A stretch of DNA of 64,000 bases from a bacterium (GTDB lineage Bacteria > Electryoneota > Electryoneia > Electryoneales > Electryoneaceae). Shown in pieces: positions 30,212 to 37,453 of the stretch. The position numbers were made by a program, and so were the translations under genes. Location: positions 5,120,001 to 5,184,000 of the forward strand of contig OY769902.1 in the NCBI GenBank assembly GCA_963669175.1, given 5' to 3'. Within the stretch, counting starts at the first letter, position 1. The number at the start of each line of letters is the position of its first letter. The notes below the pieces were generated by a model. The model did no database searches, had not been told where the DNA came from, and saw only the letters and a program-made list of their open reading frames with translations.

Positions 30212-31050
30212 CACTTCTCCCCCCCTTCGCAGAAACTGTCATGGAACGCCAGCAGATCGCCATCCCCTTCACTCAGGTGCAGATGCGCGCCATAAGCTTC
30301 CAGCAGATTGTCACGGTGTAATACCTCGGCGGGAGTTCCAATACCGAAAATCTTCCGGTTCAACAACATGACCTTGCTGAACTGACTTGCGGCGGTTTCC
30401 AGGTCATGCAGGGAAACCAGCATCGGCACGCCATCATGTTCCAGCTCATGCAGGATGGCCAGGATTTCCTTCCGTGAGTTTACATCCAGCCCGGCAAAAG
30501 GCTCATCCATCAGCAGCAATTCGGCTTCTTGAGCAAGGCAACGCGCGATAAACACACGCTGTTGCTGTCCGCCGGATAACTGGTTGATACGTCGGCCTGA
30601 ATACTCCAGCATACGCACACGTTCCAGCGCGGCATGTACCTTGTCGTGATCTTCGCGCCCGGCGCGTTTCAGGAACCCGATTTTACCGGTGCGTCCCATC
30701 ATGACAACATCATGCACATTCACCGGGAAATCCCAATCCACCTGGCTGCGTTGGGGCACATACCCCACACAGATATGCGAGCCGGGATCGTTGTCAAAAA
30801 CACGAACTTCCCCACTGCTCGGATGAATCAATCCGGCCAATGATTTGAACAGGGTGCTTTTTCCAGCGCCGTTTGGACCGACGACAGCGACACGTTCGCC
30901 CGGTCGCAAAGTAAAGGAGACATGATCCAGCGCCGTTTGCCCGTCATACAGCACAGAGAGATCCTTTACCGTCAAAATCGGCACATCACCCGGATGCGCT
31001 TCATGACGGTGAAACAGGGATACACCTAGCTGTCGCCAGAATTTTCTCAT
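30211..31050 (-). CDS. Zn/Mn ABC transporter ATP-binding protein
   Basis: GPNGAGKST, 'GYVPQRSQVDWDFP', LSGGQQQR. Confidence 0.93.
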   Translation of the reverse strand: MRKFWRQLGVSLFHRHEAHPGDVPILTVKDLSVLYDGQTALDHVSFTLRPGERVAVVGPNGAGKSTLFKSLAGLIHPSSGEVRVFDNDPGSHICVGYVPQRSQVDWDFPVNVHDVVMMGRTGKIGFLKRAGREDHDKVHAALERVRMLEYSGRRINQLSGGQQQRVFIARCLAQEAELLLMDEPFAGLDVNSRKEILAILHELEHDGVPMLVSLHDLETAASQFSKVMLLNRKIFGIGTPAEVLHRDNLLEAYGAHLHLSEGDGDLLAFHDSFCEGGEK

Positions 31051-31154
31051 CGCTCTTTCGTTAGCTTTGCCTTACGACAAGGTACAAAGCAGCATGCACT
31101 CAGGAAACAGGGAGTCATAGAAATGACGGGTCAGAAAAGAGAAGAGCGAAAATG

Positions 31155-31821
31155 GGCGAAAAATGGGACTGTGACCTTTTCATGATCACAGATGCAGATA
31201 GTAAAACATCGTTGATGAAAAGGTAACTGTACCAGATTTTTCGCCTCCCGTTTATACCCTGTCTCTTACTCACATCTTCGTGTTTCTGCCACCCCGTGGG
31301 GGTGGGATATTTTAGCGTAGGGTAGGCGCTGTCTGTTTAGCGCCTACCCTACGAAAAAGATCAAACCTCATATCAACCCTGAAAGGGTTGCATAAAGTAT
31401 AATTGATACCCAATTGATTTATAAAGGATATAAATTACGTTATTACCTGTAATAATTGAATAAACTAATATTGACTGCTCATTATGCAACCCTTCCAGGG
31501 TTGATTGTTCGTTAGAAATCCTGACATAGTGTACAGGCCAAACAGACGGCCTGTACACTATGCTAAAATAGGGAATCCCGCCGGGATTCTAAAAATACGA
31601 TGTCCACAATCCTTTTGCTGATAAAGCTTTCAGAGGATGTGGGTAAGAGACAGCGTTTATACCAGCGTCACAGCAGAATGGTCCTGAACTGGCAAATGCT
31701 GGTACAGCCACCTTCTCGCAATATATCTTCCTAAAGGGTCAAGAATTATGCGCGTTAATCAAGCCTGATTAACAGTCTTTGGCGTATCTTTTGGCGAAAA
31801 GTGTGGCAGTCCCCATTTTCC
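31155..31821 (-). repeat. Composite A+B inverted-pair repeat (copy 1), interrupted by MITE-B
   Basis: 31155-31246 and 31694-31821 are reverse complements of the modules at 37156-37420 and 46698-46943. Confidence 0.8.
31259..31653. mobile_element. MITE-B, IS4 family IS50-like ends, 395 bp, 10-bp TSD
   Basis: CTGTCTCTTACTCACATCT (31259-31277) / GGATGTGGGTAAGAGACAG (31635-31653); CGTTTATACC at 31249-31258 and 31654-31663. Confidence 0.9.
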
Positions 31822-31936
31822 GACCTTTGCGAACTATCCTGCACATCCTGTGAATTCAGCATGAGGGCTATGGCATTTCTCGGATTTTCGTGCTACAATC
31901 TGGAGTCATATCTATTTCTTCCTGAAGAGGTACACC

Positions 31937-34900
31937 ATGTTCACATCCTTGACGCCCTCGAGAAAGCTACTGTTTTTTCTTTTCTTAGCTATAGCCTCAG
32001 TTGCATCATCTCAGCAAATTGATATTGAACGAATTGAGGAGATGCCCAATTACCCGAACACGTACGGCATGCGTGACTGGCATACTGTTTCCCTGTCCTA
32101 TGACACGCTGGTGTTCGACTGGGATCGTACCGGTGAATACCTGCCGTTGATCTGGTGGTATTCAAGCGCGATCAATTACCCCGAACATGACGCTTTCGGT
32201 TTGGAAACGGTTGTGGGAACGCCACGCTATCATTCCGGGGAAGCGATCAACGTACTGGCAGCAGTAATCGGAGCTACACTGAACGGTGTGGACAAGAGCA
32301 GTCAGCATGGCAATGATTACGTGTTGATGTGTGAAGAATTTTTCAACCGTCGCCCGGAAGAAAACATATACCTGAACAACCCTGTCGGCCAGAGTGGGAC
32401 AGACTTCTGGTATGACACCATGCCAAACATCTTCTTCTATCAACTGTACGACCAGTATCCCGGGTTCGGTGATTCGGACAGCCAATTTCTCACTGTCGCC
32501 GATCAGTGGCTGGCGGCTGTAGAAACCATGGGTGGCAGCGCAGCTCCCTGGGATGACGCCTATATGAATTACCGCGGATTCTCCTTCTCAACCATGACGC
32601 CCAATGCCAGCGGGGTGCGTGAACCGGAAGCTGCCGGTGCGGTGGGCTGGATTCTCTACCATGCCTACAAAGAGACCGGCGATGAACGCTACCGCATGGG
32701 CGCCGAATGGGCTGTGGAGTTCCTGGACAGCCGTACCACAAACCCTTCCTACGAACTTCAGATGCCGTACGGCGCTTACATAGCGGCCAAGATGAACGCT
32801 GAACTGGGCGCAGGGTACGACATGGGAACCCTGGTCGACTGGTGTTTCAGTTACCAGCCGCTCCGTGCCTGGGGGGTCATGGTGGGAACATGGGGCGATT
32901 ACGATGTCCACGGACTGGTCGGTGAATTGTCCGGCAATGATTACCCATTTATGATGAATGGATTCGAACAGGCAGGCGCGTTGGTTCCCATGGTACGCTA
33001 TGACGACCGTTTTGCCCGTGCTATCGGCAAATGGATGCTGCATCTCGCCAGCGCCAGCCGTCTCTACTACCCTGCATTCCTGCCAGCCGAGAACCAGGAC
33101 AGCGAAGAATGGTCTTTTGAATACGACCCACAATCCGTAATCGGTCATGAAGCCATTCGTGAGACCGTCAACGGTCATTCACCGTTTGCCACCGGCGATG
33201 CCATTTCCGGCGGTTGGGGTGAGACCAACCTGACCCTGTACAGCTCTTCGCACGTGGGCATCCTTGGTGCAATCGTAGACACGACAGATGTTTCCATGAT
33301 CCTGCAACTGGATATGCTGGCCACAGATTATTACCGTGATGACGCCTATCCCAGTTACCTGCTGTACAACCCGTACGATACTGAACAAACTGTTACCCTC
33401 AATGTGGGTAACGATGCTGTGGACATTTACGATGCCGTAGCGAATGATTTTATCGCGACCAATGTATCAGGTGAAACGGAAGTCCAGTTGGCTGCCGATG
33501 ACGCACGTGTGCTGGTCTACTGCCCGGCCGGGGGTACAGTAACGTATGACCTGGCGAAAATGTTGGTTGATGGAGTGTTCGTCGATTATATGAGTGATAA
33601 TACCGTCGCCAACTGGCCGCCACGTATCAAGGGACTTGCTGCAGATCCGGCCTCCCCGGTTCGTAATGAAGAGGTGACATTATATGCCACCGTTGAAGAT
33701 CGTGATGAGGATGAACTCAGTTATACCTGGTTTGCCGGAGCAGGAGAAATTTCCGGGACTGGCGCAACCGTAACATGGACCACACCGGACCAGGCAGGAG
33801 AACAGACCATAAGTGTGATAGCAAATGATGGTACGGATTCAGACACGACCGTCATCATGGTTGAAGTCCTTGCTTCTCACCCACCGGTGATTTCCAACCT
33901 GTATGCCGAGCCCAATGTTGTGGAACTGGGCGGAGTCGCCACTCTTTTCTGCGTGGCAACAGACGCTGATGATGACAGCCTGAGCTATTCCTGGTCTGCT
34001 GATGGGGGCACGATCACCGGCGAAGGCGCTGAAGTTACCTGGCACGCGCCCGACGCAGAGGGCACATTCACCATTTCCTGCGAAGTATCCGATCCCTATG
34101 GCATGTCAGCCTCGGATGAGCTTTCCCTGCCGGTTGGCGACCTGGTTGGGATGTACTGGCTGATGAACGGGCAGGCGCTCGATACGGGAGCATTTGACAA
34201 CGACGGCACCGTGAACGGCGCTACGGCGACTGATGGGCGTGATGGCACCCCCAATGGCGCCCTTCTTTTCGATGGCGAGGATAATGTCATCGTTCCCATG
34301 TCGCCATCGCTGAACTTCAATCGTGCCGTTTCGCTATCCTTCTGGATGAAACCGACGGAACTGCCGGACCGTGAGATTTTCCTGATCTCACACGGTAGCT
34401 GGCAGAACCGTTACAAGGTCTCACTAATTCCGGACGACCGTATCCGTTGGACCTTGAAGACAGACACAACGACCAATAATGGCATCTTTGACCTTGATTC
34501 TGAGACTCATGTGGTGACAGACCAGTGGTACCATGTCGTCGTCACCTATGGAGAAGGACAAGCCTCTGTTTACGTAAACGGTGAACAGGAGGGTTCTATC
34601 ACCTGGAATGGATCCATACTCCAGACCGATGTAGATCTTTGCTTCGCCCAGATGCTGCCCAGTGATGAAGCTTACAATTTCATTGGTGTAATGGATGATA
34701 TTCGCATCTACAATCGTGTGCTGGATGGGACAGAAGTGGATGAACTGTACCACGAAACTGATGTCGCCAACAACAATACAGCGCTTTTACCACGACACTT
34801 TGCCCTTGAAAGTGTGTACCCGAACCCGTTCAATCAGGAAACTTCAATCCGTTTCTCGCTTCCCCTGTCCGGTCCGGTAGAATTGCGTGTATACAATATC

Positions 34901-35056
34901 CAGGGCCAGCTTGTCACGACATTGGTCAATTCACGGATGGATGCCGGGTATCACAACCTGCACTGGGATGCGGCCGGAATCAGCTCGGGCGTATACTTCC
35001 TGCAATTCCACGCCGGAACAGTGAAGCAGGTACAACGGTGTGTGCTTCTCAAGTGA
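31937..35056 (+). CDS. Large secreted protein: unassigned N-terminal domain, 2 Ig/PKD-like domains, LamG, T9SS-type C-terminal domain
   Basis: Signal peptide; 'LSYTW/LSYSW' Ig repeats; 'QWYHVVVTY..VYVNG..MDDIRIYNRVL'; 'YPNPFNQ'. Confidence 0.85.
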   Translation: MFTSLTPSRKLLFFLFLAIASVASSQQIDIERIEEMPNYPNTYGMRDWHTVSLSYDTLVFDWDRTGEYLPLIWWYSSAINYPEHDAFGLETVVGTPRYHSGEAINVLAAVIGATLNGVDKSSQHGNDYVLMCEEFFNRRPEENIYLNNPVGQSGTDFWYDTMPNIFFYQLYDQYPGFGDSDSQFLTVADQWLAAVETMGGSAAPWDDAYMNYRGFSFSTMTPNASGVREPEAAGAVGWILYHAYKETGDERYRMGAEWAVEFLDSRTTNPSYELQMPYGAYIAAKMNAELGAGYDMGTLVDWCFSYQPLRAWGVMVGTWGDYDVHGLVGELSGNDYPFMMNGFEQAGALVPMVRYDDRFARAIGKWMLHLASASRLYYPAFLPAENQDSEEWSFEYDPQSVIGHEAIRETVNGHSPFATGDAISGGWGETNLTLYSSSHVGILGAIVDTTDVSMILQLDMLATDYYRDDAYPSYLLYNPYDTEQTVTLNVGNDAVDIYDAVANDFIATNVSGETEVQLAADDARVLVYCPAGGTVTYDLAKMLVDGVFVDYMSDNTVANWPPRIKGLAADPASPVRNEEVTLYATVEDRDEDELSYTWFAGAGEISGTGATVTWTTPDQAGEQTISVIANDGTDSDTTVIMVEVLASHPPVISNLYAEPNVVELGGVATLFCVATDADDDSLSYSWSADGGTITGEGAEVTWHAPDAEGTFTISCEVSDPYGMSASDELSLPVGDLVGMYWLMNGQALDTGAFDNDGTVNGATATDGRDGTPNGALLFDGEDNVIVPMSPSLNFNRAVSLSFWMKPTELPDREIFLISHGSWQNRYKVSLIPDDRIRWTLKTDTTTNNGIFDLDSETHVVTDQWYHVVVTYGEGQASVYVNGEQEGSITWNGSILQTDVDLCFAQMLPSDEAYNFIGVMDDIRIYNRVLDGTEVDELYHETDVANNNTALLPRHFALESVYPNPFNQETSIRFSLPLSGPVELRVYNIQGQLVTTLVNSRMDAGYHNLHWDAAGISSGVYFLQFHAGTVKQVQRCVLLK

Positions 35057-35194
35057 AAAAAGTGGACAGTGAAAAAGGTGAAAAAGGAAATGAGGAATCA
35101 GCGAATGGCTCTTCGTGTATCTCAACAACAATAATTTAGCATAGTTATTCTGCTATGTAAACAGTCAAGGGTGTAAAGAGCCTTTGTATCGTCC

Positions 35195-35370
35195 CATGTG
35201 CCGTTCTGCTATTCGTGCTCGTGGCACAAGTTTTTTGTTCGCACGGAACAGCGGCGCCCTAAACTCGAATCGTTGTCAAGCAACAGAATAACTACCAGGG
35301 TCGCGTGTTCCCAATGGCATCGGACGATTCAATCACAATCTATGCTTTACCTACCTGCCAGCAGTGCTGG
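35195..35370 (-). ncRNA. Predicted bridge RNA / seekRNA of the IS110 element (ends approximate)
   Basis: Two internal-loop modules whose guides match the target (10/10 and 5 nt) and the donor (4 and 7 nt). Confidence 0.82.
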
Positions 35371-35372
35371 GG

Positions 35373-36434
35373 TTATACGCAGGCAGGATTGTAGTCTTGT
35401 TCTTTGACCAGCATGGCCCACAGTATCACGGCTAGTTTTCGTGCCATGGCGACGATCGCCACTTTCCGTGTTTTCCCGGCATGGATCGCATCGTATTTCT
35501 TCTTTGCATACGGATCTTTTTGCACCCAACGCCACGCAGCTTCGACCAATAGTTTTCGTAGATGGGACGGTCCCCAGTGGGTAATGTGTCCCATATGGCG
35601 TGTGTTGGCGCTTGACCATTCACACGGCGTCAAGCCAAGATGTGCGCCGACTTGCTTACCGGATGCGAAGCGTTCGGGACGATACATCTCGGTCACGAAG
35701 GCGTTCACGGTCAACTCGCCCACTCCCTTCACCTGGCGCAGGCGCTGGGTACGGTCCCGATACGTTGCGGACGCATTCATCGCCTTGATCGCTTTGGTGA
35801 TCACCTTGAGTTGCTGTTCAATGGCCTCCAGCTCATCGAGAGCAACATCAATGGCTATCCGTGTCGCGGCCAGACAATCACACGTTCGCAACCAGCGCCG
35901 GTATTCCTTTGTCCAATAGCGTTGCGGCGGAAACGGTGACTGTAAACCGTGAAACAATAGCAGACTCTTGATTCGGTTTTTGACCCGAACGCGATCATTC
36001 ATCACCTGGTCACGGGTGCGAGACAACTGACGATCCGCCTCTTCCTGTTCTGTAGGGACATGTACCCAGGTACGGGGCGGTGTCCAGAACATGTGGGCCA
36101 AGGTCAGGGCATCCAGATGATCGGTCTTCTGCTGCTTCGCTTGCGCCCCTTTGGGAACTTGGCTGGGCGGCGCGATCTGGCAGTCAACACCTTGGCCGAT
36201 CAGGTAACGACAGAGGCCAAAGCCGGTGAGGCCCGCTTCATAACACGCCCACATGCGGCAGTTGGGAAAACGGGCAAAGAAGCGTTCCCAGGCGGCTGAG
36301 TCATGCTTGATCCGATTCTCAAAGAGCACTTCACCAGTCTGGGTGTCGAGCACAACGGCGAAAGAAGTCTGCGAATCAACATCCAGACCTATAGACAATG
36401 AACGGTCCGCTGCAATAACTTGGTTCTTCGACAT
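35373..36434 (-). CDS. IS110 family transposase/recombinase
   Basis: DEDD: 'GLDVD', 'YEAG', 'KTDHLDA'; C-terminal 'RFASGKQVGAHLGLTPCEWSS', 'AIVAMARKL'; AAGGAG RBS. Confidence 0.96.
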   Translation of the reverse strand: MSKNQVIAADRSLSIGLDVDSQTSFAVVLDTQTGEVLFENRIKHDSAAWERFFARFPNCRMWACYEAGLTGFGLCRYLIGQGVDCQIAPPSQVPKGAQAKQQKTDHLDALTLAHMFWTPPRTWVHVPTEQEEADRQLSRTRDQVMNDRVRVKNRIKSLLLFHGLQSPFPPQRYWTKEYRRWLRTCDCLAATRIAIDVALDELEAIEQQLKVITKAIKAMNASATYRDRTQRLRQVKGVGELTVNAFVTEMYRPERFASGKQVGAHLGLTPCEWSSANTRHMGHITHWGPSHLRKLLVEAAWRWVQKDPYAKKKYDAIHAGKTRKVAIVAMARKLAVILWAMLVKEQDYNPACV

Positions 36435-36628
36435 GGCGCTTCTCCTTGTGTTGGAAAAATGGAATACTGCTAAGATAGCAGTTCCAACACGACTTGATGC
36501 GCCTGTCGTTTAACATAGGAACTCGATTTTATTCCGTCATCATGGAGATTGCCGGGAAAAGGGGACAGGATCCTTTTCCTCACCCTCAAACAGAATACTC
36601 TTGCTGAATCTGTGGAACAGGAAACTAA

Positions 36629-37098
36629 CCCGAATATTTCATGAACGGAACATGGATATTCATCTTAACACAGTTCATATCAACACAATACAACTGATTC
36701 ATACAGCATTTTTCAGGGGACAGTTTGCTCCGGTATCCCTTTGCGTGTCTATTCCCTGTTTCGCTGGCAAAATAGGCTGAGAATCGGCAACCGCCCCGGC
36801 AGGGGCAACCTGTATTAGCCCCGGGCAGCCGCCGTCAGTTTGGCGGCTACCCGGGGAGATAATGCGCACCATATATTTACTCCGGAAGGAGTAACCTGAT
36901 AATTATCAAAAGTATACAGTGGAAATATTCAGGCAACCCGCTGCCGGGGTTGGCAAGTAGCGTACATCCTATTCCCACCGTGAGCGCCAAACAGACGGCG
37001 CTGGACGGTGGGCTAATACAGAGAACCACTGCCGTGGTTCTTGTACTGGCCATTCCATCAAATACCAAATTTGAAATTGCATTGGTGAAATATTCGGG
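36629..37098. mobile_element. MITE-A copy 2 (470 bp, inverted relative to copy 1, TSD CTAA)
   Basis: CCCGAATATTTCA / TGAAATATTCGGG; CTAA at 36625-36628 and 37099-37102. Confidence 0.9.
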
Positions 37099-37155
37099 CT
37101 AACCCCTTTTCCATGTAATTCCTGCCTACTCGCAAGAAAAAGGGGAATTACTGAG

Positions 37156-37420
37156 GGAAAATGGGGACTGCTACTCTTTTTCGCCTACGGAGGTTCGGAA
37201 AGGTGTGAACAATTTACGACATGAACGTGAAATTATTGATTTTATGATAAGATATTGCGAAAAAGGTAGCTGTCCCAGCATTTTCCCTGGTCAAGGCATT
37301 CTTCTGTATCGTTCGCATATACGAGCAGGCGAAAAATCCGGTACAGTTACCTTTTCATCAATCCTGATTTGCTTGTCTTGCATTTGAGAAAATGAAAAGG
37401 CAACAGTCCCATTTTTCGCT
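37156..37420 (+). repeat. Composite A+B inverted-pair repeat (copy 2)
   Basis: GGGGACTGCTACTC..AGGTAGCTGTCCC, then GGTACAGTTACCTTTTC..GAAAAGGCAACAGTCCC. Confidence 0.8.
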
Positions 37421-37453
37421 TGTTTATCCCTCTTCACGATGCTGTATGGGCGA

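Larger units (their letters stand above)
35152..36521 (-). mobile_element. Complete IS110-family insertion sequence (IS1111-like layout with long 3' non-coding end)
   Basis: CT duplicated at 35150-35151 and 36522-36523; subterminal IR CTATGT(T)AAAC; reconstructed junction promoter; related empty site at 61711-61732. Confidence 0.9.

Noticed and set aside
31259-31277. Nextera/Tn5 adapter contamination
   Set aside because: Both ends differ from the mosaic end, are correctly inverted and are flanked by a 10-bp target duplication
37156-37420. CRISPR array (repeats with variable spacers)
   Set aside because: Repeats alternate in orientation, are degenerate and irregularly spaced; no cas genes
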